IMG/VR virus record: IMGVR_UViG_2695420897_000014
Direction: 5' to 3' (one strand)
Length of the DNA stretch: 11,270 nucleotides
From: a virus
Taxonomy: Duplodnaviria > Heunggongvirae > Uroviricota > Caudoviricetes
Under the pieces are notes generated by a model. It saw nothing but the letters and a program-made list of their open reading frames with translations. It did no database searches and was not told the origin of the DNA. Shown piece by piece: positions 1 to 7,938 of the stretch. Made by a program: the position numbers and the translations under genes. Positions within the stretch are counted from its first letter, which is position 1, and the number at the start of each line of letters is the position of its first letter.

Positions 1-122
1 TACGTCATTGAACATATCCAGGACTGGCCGGCAAACCGGGTACGCGATCTGTTGCCCTGGAAAGTTGATCTGAGCTCTCAGTAAATATCAATACGGTTCT
101 GACGAGCCGCTTACTGTTCATG

Positions 123-1175
123 TCATTCTCCTGTTCTGCCTGTATCACTGCCCACTTCATCCAGCCCCTTAACATCCTGCCACGGCCCGTCACCAAACCT
201 GACCTGCAAATGCCGAAAAAAACCCTGAACCCGTGTGGTATCTTTGGGGTCAAGAAAGGTCAGTCCGGTGATGAGTGCGCCATCTGTATCCGGGAACCAG
301 CCATGGCTGTTTGTCTCAATAATGTTTCCCGGCCCCAGACGGAACCGTATTTGCGTCTCCCCCGGGTCGCCCTTCGGCCCCTGAGGGCCAGCGGGCCCCT
401 GTTCCCCCTTTGGCCCGGGAGGTCCCACCACGGTGGGGATTCGGTTTACGGCGTCTTCCGCCGCTATCCTGCTTTGTTCCGCTGACTGTGCGCTTTCTGC
501 TGACTCCCGGGCTTTTTCTGCTGCGGTCGTTGCATCCCTGGCTGCATTACCGGCTGCACTTTCTGCCGTCTTTCTTGACAATTCAGCATCTGCTGCACTT
601 TGTGATGACTCACTGGCTTTTTGAGCGGCCGCAGAAGCCGAGGACGAGGACGCATCCTCTGACTGCTTTGCTGAGGCTGCACTTTCTGCCGCCTGCCGGG
701 CTGACTCCGATGCCTCCCCTGCTGAAGTGTCAGCATTTGCAGCGCTCTCTTCTGCCTGACTGGCTGATATGCCGGCATTCCTCGCTGACGTCTCCGCCTC
801 TCCGGCATTCTTCTTCGCCTCCTCTGCGTTACGCACCACCTCTTCCACCATCAGTTCAAAACGGCGCAGTGCCTCAGGACGGGCATCATCCTCCGTCATG
901 GCACCGAGAAAATCATTCAGCGTACCGGGTCGGGAATCTTCATACACGGTGATGGTCCCGGCATGTGAAGGCGGAAAACCTTCAACCAGCAGGGTGACGC
1001 TGTACTGACCATGCTCAACATCCATGCTGTAACGTCCGGCTTCATCCGGATTTTCAGAGGCCACCGTGTTCACCACCACCGTGCTGCTGGTTCGTCTGGC
1101 CTTCAGCACAATGGTGCAGTTCTGTACTGGTTTTCCTGTGCCATCTTTAAGCACGCCAGAAATTTTTACTGTCAT
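123..1175 (-). CDS. stf: Side tail fibre protein (Stf-like), N-terminal conserved domain followed by an Ala/Ser/Glu-rich low-complexity region and a collagen-like Gly-X-Y stretch; 350 aa, probably truncated or only the proximal part of the fibre
   Basis: The N-terminus MTVKISGVLKDGTGKPVQNCTI...VVVNTVASENPDEAGRYSMDVE...GFPPSHAGTITVYEDS matches the lambda Stf N-terminal anchor domain as I recall it. Position immediately downstream of lom is as in lambda. The motif GPPGPKGEQGPAGPQGPKGDPGE lies at residues 251-273. A GGTGGA Shine-Dalgarno-like motif sits about 5 nt upstream of the ATG at 1175. Confidence 0.8.
   Translation of the reverse strand: MTVKISGVLKDGTGKPVQNCTIVLKARRTSSTVVVNTVASENPDEAGRYSMDVEHGQYSVTLLVEGFPPSHAGTITVYEDSRPGTLNDFLGAMTEDDARPEALRRFELMVEEVVRNAEEAKKNAGEAETSARNAGISASQAEESAANADTSAGEASESARQAAESAASAKQSEDASSSSASAAAQKASESSQSAADAELSRKTAESAAGNAARDATTAAEKARESAESAQSAEQSRIAAEDAVNRIPTVVGPPGPKGEQGPAGPQGPKGDPGETQIRFRLGPGNIIETNSHGWFPDTDGALITGLTFLDPKDTTRVQGFFRHLQVRFGDGPWQDVKGLDEVGSDTGRTGE
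360..425 (-). repeat. Collagen-like Gly-X-Y triplet repeat (about 7 triplets) inside the stf coding sequence; seen as GGNCCN periodicity on the plus strand
   Basis: Plus strand 361-425 reads cccgggtcgcccttcggcccctgagggccagcgggcccctgttccccctttggcccgggaggtcc, which translates on the minus strand as GPPGPKGEQGPAGPQGPKGDPGE. Confidence 0.8.
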
Positions 1176-1189
1176 ACTTTTCCACCAAT

Positions 1190-1222
1190 AAAAAAAGCCC
1201 GCAGCAGTGACGCCACGGGCTT
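1190..1222 (-). terminator. Rho-independent terminator downstream of lom (minus strand)
   Basis: Stem AAGCCCG (1195-1201) pairs with CGGGCTT (1216-1222) across a 14-nt loop. On the minus strand the hairpin is followed by a run of 7 or more U (plus-strand A run 1190-1196). Confidence 0.6.
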
Positions 1223-1326
1223 CAGGACAGTGTAACTTTACGTTTCCTCAAACGCAGTTCACCCCATAAGGTGGATGAACCTGCGTATCATAACAATATT
1301 TACAGAAGATAAATCGGCGTCTGTTG

Positions 1327-1926
1327 TCAGAAACGGTATCCGATACCAACAATAAATGCATCCGTTCGCCAGTCGCCACTACCGGAACCTTCATAAGCAA
1401 GGTCAATGGTCACGGATTCGGTCGGGTTAAACTGCACGCCAGCCCCCCACGCCAGAGACGTGTTGCTGTGGCGACCGTCATCACTTCCGGTCAGCACATC
1501 GTGCGTTTTCCCCTTGTTGTCAGTTACGCGGAGATAATCCCCGGAGAAAGTCGACACACGGCTGTAAGCCACACCCGCCATCGCATACGCGCTGAACCAT
1601 TCATTCACGCGCACAGACGGCCCCGCCATCACGCTGAACCAGCGGTTACGCACGGAATCTTCATGCCAGCGGGTATCGCTGTAATGCGTTTTTTGCTCAT
1701 CTTTGGCATTGGCATAACTGAATGACGTCACCAGCCCCAGCGTGTCCGTAAACTCATAACGGTATTTCACGTTAATCCCGTTCAGATCATCACTACCGGG
1801 AACGTTCGTCGAGGCATGGAGATACCCCGCGCTCAGAGTGGACTGATGTTCTGCTGCACTCGCTGGCGTAGCAGCGGCGACCTGCCAGACTACTGCGGAC
1901 AAAATAACAGCACATAATTTACGCAT
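1327..1926 (-). CDS. lom: Lom/Ail/PagC/OmpX-family outer-membrane beta-barrel protein (lambda Lom homolog), 199 aa with N-terminal signal peptide
   Basis: A signal peptide (MRKLCAVILSAVVWQVAAATPASA) is present. The motifs GINVKYRYE, SVMAGP, SAYAMAGVA, AYEGSGSGDWRTD and the C-terminal FIVGIGYRF (terminal aromatic typical of beta-barrels) match lambda Lom as I recall it. Position between J and stf is as in lambda. A GAGAGG ribosome-binding site lies 6 nt upstream of the ATG. Confidence 0.9.
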   Translation of the reverse strand: MRKLCAVILSAVVWQVAAATPASAAEHQSTLSAGYLHASTNVPGSDDLNGINVKYRYEFTDTLGLVTSFSYANAKDEQKTHYSDTRWHEDSVRNRWFSVMAGPSVRVNEWFSAYAMAGVAYSRVSTFSGDYLRVTDNKGKTHDVLTGSDDGRHSNTSLAWGAGVQFNPTESVTIDLAYEGSGSGDWRTDAFIVGIGYRF

Positions 1927-1950
1927 AATTACCTCTCGCTTTTCTGCAAT

Positions 1951-1974
1951 AAAAAAGGCGCCATTTCTGGCGCC
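1951..1974 (-). terminator. Rho-independent terminator immediately downstream of J and upstream of lom (minus strand)
   Basis: Perfect 7-bp stem GGCGCCA (1957-1963) / TGGCGCC (1968-1974) with a 4-nt loop. On the minus strand it is followed by TTTTTTATT (plus-strand A run 1951-1956). Confidence 0.7.
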
Positions 1975-1993
1975 CGTATCTGGGTTATAAAAT

Positions 1994-4900
1994 TCAGCTA
2001 ATCGTGATGCCTGCAGTGGCTTTCTTCATCACCACAACCAGCAAATCGCTGATACTTGCTGTGGGATACCAGTTATTTACCAGCCATGCTGACACCGAAA
2101 ACTCCAGTGTCATGTGACCGTGACCGGCAGGCATATCAATAACACCACTGTAAATCAGCGTATTATCCAGCGCGGTACGGTTATAAATTTCAGCACCGTT
2201 TTTCCGCACTATCAGACGGCATGAGGAGTAAATATCAGTATGCTCTTTCTCATGTTTAGCGCCGCTGAATGCCACCGCCGGAATAACAATCTGCCGGTCA
2301 AACGGCTGATCGTCATAAACCCTGACGGTAATGGTTCCTGATGGCCACCGCTCCGGTGCACGGGAGTCCCGGGGGAAAGCTTTGCCCACTGTTTTAACGA
2401 GATCGCCTTCAATCTGGTTCGCGGACAATTTTCCCAGAACCCGACAGTTCTCGTTAATCGTGACGTTGTTGAGCGTCCCGGAGTTCGCATTCACGTTACC
2501 GCTGATATCGGCATTTTTCGCCGTCAGCCGCCCGTCCGGTGTCAGGGAAAATGCCGGAGGATTACCGCCGCTGGTAATGGTGGGAGCCGTCAGATATTTC
2601 AGGAACACTTCATTCATAAATATCTGATCGCCCTGACCAACAAACATCGGCTTTGTGTTGCCATTCGCAGGATTAATCATCGCAATCCTGTCTGCCGCCA
2701 GCAGCACCTGACTCTGCATTCCTGCTGGCGTATTCTCAATACCGGCACCGATACCCGCAATATAAAGGCGTCCGTCCTGCATCTGCTGCAGTTTCACGGC
2801 CCACATGCTGTTCAGGTTATTATTTGTATCAACCTGAACTTTCTGTATCTGCTGGATTGCCGCACTCTGGTCTTCCAGTTTTTTATTGACGGTCTGCGTG
2901 ATTTCATTGCTGACATTCGTAATGGACGTCCTGATTTCAGCCAGGTCCGGCGCAAGCTGACCGTTATCAATCTGCGTCCACAGCTCCTGGGCCAGATGTG
3001 TTTTCCCGATTTCTCCTTTGAAAAAATCCAGGTAACCTTCCGCATCATCGCTCGCCCGACCGACAGCCTCCACGAATGCCGATTTGCCAACGGTGTTCAC
3101 ACTGCGAACGTAAAAATAATAATCATGGCCCGGTTTGATATTGATACTGGCGGCTATCCAGTACAGCGCCGTACCAAGATAACGCGCGCTGGTTTCAACC
3201 TGCCTGATATCAGCAATCCGTTTTTCCGAGAACCAGAACTCAAACTGTACCGTCGGATCATAAACCGCAAAATGCGGCGTGGCGGTTATCTGAAAATAGC
3301 CCGGCGTCAGCTCAATCCGCGACGGTGCTGCCGGTGCGGCAATCCGGAACGATACCGATGCCGGATCGCCCTGCTGTCCCCACGCATTTACCGCCCGGAC
3401 TGTCAGCCTGTAATTTCCCAGCGCCAGTTGCGTGAAGCGGTATGTAGTTTCCGTCGTCCTGGCCGTGCTGACCAGCCGCTCACTGCCATCGTCCGCTGCC
3501 ACGGTCAGGCGAAGCAGGAAGCTCACGCCCTTCACCACCTTCGGCGTGTCCCAGCGCGCCAGCACCTGATATTCCCCACTGTCTGCGGTGACTTCTGCGG
3601 TCAGGTGCTGCACCGCTGGCGGCGTGACACCATTCACCGTGCCGCTCTGGTCGCCGTCAAAGTGCGCCCCGTTATCCACGATGGCCTCTTTTTCCGGTAC
3701 ATGCTGCACGGCGGTGATGGCATACGTGCCGTCGTCGTTCTCACGGATACTCACGCAGCGGAACAGGCGCTGGCGCAGCATCGGCAGCTTCAGCCCCCAC
3801 ACGCTGTACTCGGCAACGCCGTCAGGAACACGGCTCACTTTTACCTTCACGCCATCAGTGACGGACTGAACCTCCACGCTGACCGGATTGCCACTTCCGT
3901 CAACCAGGCTTATCAGCGTGGTGCCGGAAGATGGCAGCGTGATTTCACGGTCGAGCGTCAGCGTCCGGGTCTGGCTGTTCACCGCCAGCACGCGCCCGCC
4001 GGTGCTGATACCGGCATAGTCATCATCACAGATTTCAATGACATCGCCCGGTACATGGCGAAGCCCTTCTGCACCCACGCTGAAGTCCACGGTCTGCGTT
4101 TCCAGCAGTTCCGTTTTAATCAGCCACAGCCCGGCGCGGTGCACCTGCCCCCGGCTGGTACAGCCAAAGGCATCCATCTTCGTGACGTGACGACCGTAAC
4201 GGGCAATGGCCTGCGTATCCTCCACAAGCTCTGTCGCCGTCTCCCAGCCGTTGTTCGGGTCAATCCAGTTCACCTCAACGGCATTATGGCGGTCCTTCAG
4301 GGCGCTGAAGCTGTAGCGGAACGGCGCGCCATCATCCGGCATCACCACATTACTGCGGTTATAGGTCCACACCTTATCTGATGGTCGGTCCTGCACGAAC
4401 GTCAGCGTCTGCCCGTTCCATACCGGCATACAGCGCATCGCCGAGCAGAAATCACTGAGCACATCCCACGCCTTGCGCTGTGTGGTCAGGTACGCATTAC
4501 AGGTAATGCGCGGCTCCGTGCCGCCAAAGCCATCCGGCACTGACTGGTCGCAGTACTGGCCGATGACATACAGCGCCCATTTGTCCACATCCGCCGCACC
4601 AAGACGTTTCCCCATGCCGTAGCGTGGATGGGTCAGCATATCCCACAGACACCAGGCCATGTTGTTGCTGTATGCCGGTTTAAACGTTCCGTCCCAGATA
4701 CCGCTGTATTGCCGCGTCTGCGGGTTATAATTCGACGGCACCTGCAGAATACGCCCGCGCAGATGATAATTACGGCTCACCTGCTGGCTGCCGAACTGCT
4801 CCGAGTCCACCTGCACGCCGACCAGTGCCGTGTTCGGGTAGCCCTGTTTCACATCGATGATTTCGGTGTATGACGACCAGAGCGTTTTGTTCTGCAGCTG

Positions 4901-5473
4901 GTCTGTGGTGCTGTCCGGCGTCATTCTGCGCATCCGGATATTAAACGGGCGCGGCGGCAGGTTATCCACCACCACCGAGGCCAGATACTGCGAGGTGGTT
5001 TTGCCCTTAATGGTGATGTCTTTTTCCGTCACCCAGCCACCGTTACGCTGTATCTGAACCAGCAGGCGGACTTCCGACGGATTCCGGTCCCCCTTTGAGG
5101 TGGTTTCCACCAGTGCCTGCACACCGAAGGTAAAGCGCAGACGGTCGATGTTTGCCGACGTGATGGTCCGGGTGATCGGCGTGTCATATTTCACTTCCGT
5201 ACCCAGCACCGTCTCGGAGCCGGAGGATTCAAATCCCTCCGGCGGTGTCTGCTCCTGCTCACCTGCCCGGAACACCACCGTGACACCGGATATATTGGTA
5301 TTCCCCTCACTGTCCAGCACCGGCGTACTGTTCAGCAGCACGCTTTTTAATCCGTCCACCGGACCTTCAACCGGCCCTTCGCTGATGGCATCGATCACAC
5401 TCAGCAGCTGCGTGGACTTCAGGTTGTCCCTCGCTTCGCGCGGGGTATGCCCCTTACTGCTTCCTTTACCCAT
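1994..5473 (-). CDS. J: Host specificity protein J (tail tip central fibre / receptor-binding protein), 1159 aa
   Basis: Single uninterrupted 3.48-kb ORF. The N-terminus [24 protein letters not shown] and long internal stretches are recognisable as lambda gpJ family. It lies directly downstream of I, as in lambda. GGAG/GAGGA motifs sit upstream of the ATG. Confidence 0.95.
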   Translation of the reverse strand: MGKGSSKGHTPREARDNLKSTQLLSVIDAISEGPVEGPVDGLKSVLLNSTPVLDSEGNTNISGVTVVFRAGEQEQTPPEGFESSGSETVLGTEVKYDTPITRTITSANIDRLRFTFGVQALVETTSKGDRNPSEVRLLVQIQRNGGWVTEKDITIKGKTTSQYLASVVVDNLPPRPFNIRMRRMTPDSTTDQLQNKTLWSSYTEIIDVKQGYPNTALVGVQVDSEQFGSQQVSRNYHLRGRILQVPSNYNPQTRQYSGIWDGTFKPAYSNNMAWCLWDMLTHPRYGMGKRLGAADVDKWALYVIGQYCDQSVPDGFGGTEPRITCNAYLTTQRKAWDVLSDFCSAMRCMPVWNGQTLTFVQDRPSDKVWTYNRSNVVMPDDGAPFRYSFSALKDRHNAVEVNWIDPNNGWETATELVEDTQAIARYGRHVTKMDAFGCTSRGQVHRAGLWLIKTELLETQTVDFSVGAEGLRHVPGDVIEICDDDYAGISTGGRVLAVNSQTRTLTLDREITLPSSGTTLISLVDGSGNPVSVEVQSVTDGVKVKVSRVPDGVAEYSVWGLKLPMLRQRLFRCVSIRENDDGTYAITAVQHVPEKEAIVDNGAHFDGDQSGTVNGVTPPAVQHLTAEVTADSGEYQVLARWDTPKVVKGVSFLLRLTVAADDGSERLVSTARTTETTYRFTQLALGNYRLTVRAVNAWGQQGDPASVSFRIAAPAAPSRIELTPGYFQITATPHFAVYDPTVQFEFWFSEKRIADIRQVETSARYLGTALYWIAASINIKPGHDYYFYVRSVNTVGKSAFVEAVGRASDDAEGYLDFFKGEIGKTHLAQELWTQIDNGQLAPDLAEIRTSITNVSNEITQTVNKKLEDQSAAIQQIQKVQVDTNNNLNSMWAVKLQQMQDGRLYIAGIGAGIENTPAGMQSQVLLAADRIAMINPANGNTKPMFVGQGDQIFMNEVFLKYLTAPTITSGGNPPAFSLTPDGRLTAKNADISGNVNANSGTLNNVTINENCRVLGKLSANQIEGDLVKTVGKAFPRDSRAPERWPSGTITVRVYDDQPFDRQIVIPAVAFSGAKHEKEHTDIYSSCRLIVRKNGAEIYNRTALDNTLIYSGVIDMPAGHGHMTLEFSVSAWLVNNWYPTASISDLLVVVMKKATAGITIS

Positions 5474-5490
5474 TCCTCACACTCCATAAA

Positions 5491-5515
5491 CAACAAAGCC
5501 GCCCAAAAGGCGGCT
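5491..5515 (-). terminator. Putative hairpin terminator downstream of the lipoprotein moron (minus strand)
   Basis: Stem AGCCGCC (5497-5503) / GGCGGCT (5509-5515) with loop CAAAA. The minus-strand downstream sequence is U-rich (TTGTTGTTTAT) but not a clean U-tract. Confidence 0.4.
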
Positions 5516-5539
5516 CATGAGTTACGACAGGATTAACTA

Positions 5540-5878
5540 TTATTTACATGCATTAACACTATCAGCAAAAATTTTTGGCGTTAATGCTGGTACACGTTCA
5601 TAAAGAGTAAAACTACTGCCATTTCCTGCTTTTTTGATATCAAGCACAACATCATATCCCCCCATAGCCTGTGGAACTAAAAGGCTTACCCCATTCTCAA
5701 TAGGAAGGGATGTTATAGGTGTTCCATTACCAGCCCATTGTCTGGATATGCAGCCTGACAATTCATCAATATTTTTTAATGAATTACCTTCCATTACAGG
5801 TTTTCCGGATTTTACGTAATCCAAAGATTTACATCCTGTTAAGGCAATAATCGTGCAGAATAAAATCGTTTTGTTCAT
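5540..5878 (-). CDS. Small predicted outer-membrane lipoprotein of unknown function (112 aa from the ATG at 5878), AT-rich moron inserted between I and J; candidate superinfection-exclusion or receptor-masking protein
   Basis: MNKTILFCTIIALTGC is a classic signal peptidase II signal with lipobox L-T-G-C. Lys at +2 implies Lol sorting to the outer membrane. The gene is visibly AT-rich against GC-rich flanking tail genes. Lambda has no gene between I and J. The ORF-track start at 5890 is a TTG; the ATG at 5878 is the more plausible start. Confidence 0.7.
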   Translation of the reverse strand: MNKTILFCTIIALTGCKSLDYVKSGKPVMEGNSLKNIDELSGCISRQWAGNGTPITSLPIENGVSLLVPQAMGGYDVVLDIKKAGNGSSFTLYERVPALTPKIFADSVNACK

Positions 5879-5951
5879 ATAGCTAACCAATAGAATAATT
5901 ATCAGTGTTCGATATAAATATTAAATCAGTTAGAACATGAGTAAAATAATA
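5879..5951 (-). promoter_or_regulatory. AT-rich intergenic region upstream of the lipoprotein gene, possible moron promoter
   Basis: On the minus strand the I stop-to-ATG spacer reads ...ACTGATTTAATATTTATATCGAACACTGATAATTATTCTATTGGTTAGCTAT-ATG. It contains a -10-like TGATAAT and weak -35-like candidates. No strong match, so this is speculative. Confidence 0.25.
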
Positions 5952-6593
5952 TTACCGCCCAATTACCACAACCTGACCACCATCCCCTTCATCTGCCGTG
6001 CTGATCTCCTGAGATGCCACACGTGACCCCACGCGCATTTCACCGTACAGAACAGGCAGGACATTGCCCTGGGCAACCATGTTATCCAGTGAGGAGAAAT
6101 AGGTGTTCTGTTTGCCGTTATCCGTTGTCTGTGTACGGGGAGTTCTGGCTTTCGGTGCCAGCATCTGCGCCACACCACCAAGCGTCATCGCCGCACCCAT
6201 TGAAAAGAGAATGTCACTGAAAGCGATACTGATCCCCGGCATCCAGATTGCCGTAGCAATCAACGCCGCACCCAGCACCGCCTGAAACACACCGCCACTT
6301 TTTGCTCCCGCAAGACGCGGCACGATGTGGATCACGGCACCATTTGCCAGCGGCTCATTAAGACGGGATGATAATTCGGTTTCTCCTGCATCCCGCCCGG
6401 CAATCCGTACCTGATACCAGCCATCGCTCAGTTTCTGACGAAACGCCGGGAGCTGTGTGGCCAGTGCCCGGATGGCTTCAGCCCCCGTTTTCACACGAAG
6501 GTCGATGCGGCGGCCAAATCGTTGCAAATCCCCGTAAAGGCAGATGCGTGCCATGCCCGGTGACGCCAGAGGGAGTGTGTGCGTCGCTGCCAT
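5952..6593 (-). CDS. I: Tail assembly protein I (lambda gpI homolog), 213 aa
   Basis: MAATHTLPLASPGMARICLYGDLQRFGRRIDLRVKTGAEAIRALATQLPAFRQKLSDGWYQVRIAGRD... and the C-terminal ...VGSRVASQEISTADEGDGGQVVVIGR match lambda gpI as I recall it. Its 5' end overlaps the 3' end of K by about 100 nt, as in lambda. Confidence 0.9.
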   Translation of the reverse strand: MAATHTLPLASPGMARICLYGDLQRFGRRIDLRVKTGAEAIRALATQLPAFRQKLSDGWYQVRIAGRDAGETELSSRLNEPLANGAVIHIVPRLAGAKSGGVFQAVLGAALIATAIWMPGISIAFSDILFSMGAAMTLGGVAQMLAPKARTPRTQTTDNGKQNTYFSSLDNMVAQGNVLPVLYGEMRVGSRVASQEISTADEGDGGQVVVIGR

Positions 6594-7234
6594 TTGTCGG
6601 TATACCTCTCTCGTTTGCTCAGTTGTTCAGGAATATGGTGCAGCAGCTCGCCATCACCACAGTAAATAGCGGCATGATTCGGCACCGATGAACCAAAGCA
6701 GCACAGCAGCACATCGCCCGGCTGCGCCGCTGACAACGGCACCTGATACAGCCCCGTTGCCTCCAGATTATCCAGATAGAGATTCTGACCGTGACGCCAC
6801 CAGTCATCCTCACGATGAAAGTCCGGCATCTCAATCCCCGCCAGATGGTAAGCATCCCGGAACAGTGTGTAACAGTCCGTCACCCCGTACTCAAAGCGCC
6901 GCCCGGTGAGATGCGGCACACAGCGGAACTTGTGAATCGCCCCCCGGCAGACCAGCCACCACGGCAAATCGCTCTGCACCTGTAGCCGCCGGTCAGCCTC
7001 ACTCAGCCAGGGCAGACCACCGGGGTGGCTGTGGACCAGCGCCACAATCTCACCCTGCATCTCTGCCTGCAGCCAGTCCTCCGGAGCCATCCGGAAATAA
7101 TCCTCCGGCTCACCGGAAATATTCACGCCGGGAAAATATCTTTCCCCCTCCGGCGTTCTCACCACGAAGCCGCACGACTCCGCTGGCGCACATCGCCGGG
7201 CGTGCGCCAGAATCGCTGATTCTGTCTCTGTCAT
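6491..7234 (-). CDS. K: Tail tip assembly protein K (lambda gpK homolog) with N-terminal JAB/MPN (JAMM-like) and C-terminal NlpC/P60-like domains; 247 aa from the first ATG, with an alternative internal start at 7090 giving the 199-aa lambda-annotated form
   Basis: JAMM-type motif HSHPGGLPWLSEAD with an upstream Glu (APAESCGFV). The C-terminal half carries conserved Cys/His (GVTDCYTLF...HAAIY...HHIP) consistent with NlpC/P60. Position between L and I is as in lambda. Confidence 0.9.
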   Translation of the reverse strand: MTETESAILAHARRCAPAESCGFVVRTPEGERYFPGVNISGEPEDYFRMAPEDWLQAEMQGEIVALVHSHPGGLPWLSEADRRLQVQSDLPWWLVCRGAIHKFRCVPHLTGRRFEYGVTDCYTLFRDAYHLAGIEMPDFHREDDWWRHGQNLYLDNLEATGLYQVPLSAAQPGDVLLCCFGSSVPNHAAIYCGDGELLHHIPEQLSKRERYTDKWQRRTHSLWRHRAWHASAFTGICNDLAAASTFV

Positions 7235-7239
7235 GGGAT

Positions 7240-7938
7240 TTACTGCGAAAGTTTGTTAATGGAAAGGAAGCCGCCAAAGTTGCCGACGTTATTGCGAAAC
7301 TTACAACCGCTCAGGCATTTGCTGCATTTATCCTTCGTGATATCGGACGTTGGCTGGTCATATTCATCCGCGACCGCCGGACCGTGATAACCGCACTCAT
7401 CGCCGCGATAGGTCCAGGTGCAGGTGTTGGCCAGCATGATACGTCCCGGAAAAACAGCGCCGTCCGTTTCCGTCGGCGTGGACAGTACAAAGGAGGCACT
7501 GACCGCGCTCAGTTCGCTGCACTGCTCGATGCGCCAGCGGCTGATCACCTCCTGCTCCGGATCGGCGTCGCTGTTTCCGTTGACGAAATTCACCGCATCC
7601 AGAAAACGGGCGTAAACCTTACGCCTGACCACCGTTCCGCCGACCAGACTCTGCATATCTTCCGCCATGCCGGTGACCATACCGTACAGGTTAGAAACCG
7701 TCAGCGTGGGGCGCGTACTGGTGCCTTTGCCATTCAGTTCAAAACCACTCCCCTGAATGGGATACGGCTGATACTGTCGCCCCTGCCAGGTGACCGGCTC
7801 ACCTTTTTCGTTCTGCTCATTACAGAAAAAATAACGTTCTCCACCGACCTCTGTCAGGTCGATTTCCCAGAGCACCACGCTGGCAGACTGCTCCGCACGG
7901 GTGCATTCATTCAGTGTTTCCTGTCGGATATCCTGCAT
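7240..7938 (-). CDS. L: Minor tail protein L (lambda gpL homolog), 232 aa, with C-terminal Cys cluster
   Basis: MQDIRQETLNECTRAEQSASVVLWEIDLTEVGGERYFFCNEQNEKGEPVTWQGRQYQPYPIQGSGFELNGKG... and the C-terminal cysteines (CTWTYRGDECGYHG...CSKCLSGC) match gpL. The ATG overlaps the M stop as ATGA. Confidence 0.95.
   Translation of the reverse strand: MQDIRQETLNECTRAEQSASVVLWEIDLTEVGGERYFFCNEQNEKGEPVTWQGRQYQPYPIQGSGFELNGKGTSTRPTLTVSNLYGMVTGMAEDMQSLVGGTVVRRKVYARFLDAVNFVNGNSDADPEQEVISRWRIEQCSELSAVSASFVLSTPTETDGAVFPGRIMLANTCTWTYRGDECGYHGPAVADEYDQPTSDITKDKCSKCLSGCKFRNNVGNFGGFLSINKLSQ

Noticed and set aside
5-253. 82-aa minus-strand ORF overlapping the 3' end of stf
   Set aside because: Most of it overlaps stf in another frame. 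Only the last 38 codons (122 down to 8) are non-overlapping, and they are noted as a possible small ORF in a finding. There is not enough evidence to call it a gene.
410-1008. Several plus-strand ORFs (180 aa, 63 aa, 79 aa) and a minus-strand 114-aa ORF (464..808) overlapping stf
   Set aside because: All overlap the stf coding region in other frames or antisense. The low-complexity Ala/Ser/Glu-coding DNA generates long open frames in several phases, and only the stf frame has recognisable homology.
1324-1725. 133-aa plus-strand ORF
   Set aside because: Antisense within lom, whose identity is strongly supported by signal peptide and family motifs.
2996-4381. 461-aa plus-strand ORF, Arg-rich, inside the J region
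   Set aside because: It lies entirely antisense within the uninterrupted, clearly homologous J coding sequence. Its composition (Arg/His/Pro/Cys-rich) is typical of an antisense read of GC-rich coding DNA, and it has no recognisable motifs or ribosome-binding site.
5634-5819. 61-aa plus-strand ORF inside the AT-rich moron
   Set aside because: Antisense to the lipoprotein gene; no ribosome-binding site or signal features. The lipoprotein frame has the convincing signal peptide and lipobox.
5540-5890. 116-aa version of the lipoprotein ORF starting MVSY...
   Set aside because: The first codon at 5888-5890 is TTG, not ATG. The ATG at 5878 gives a canonical lipoprotein signal peptide of normal length, so the shorter 5540..5878 form is preferred.
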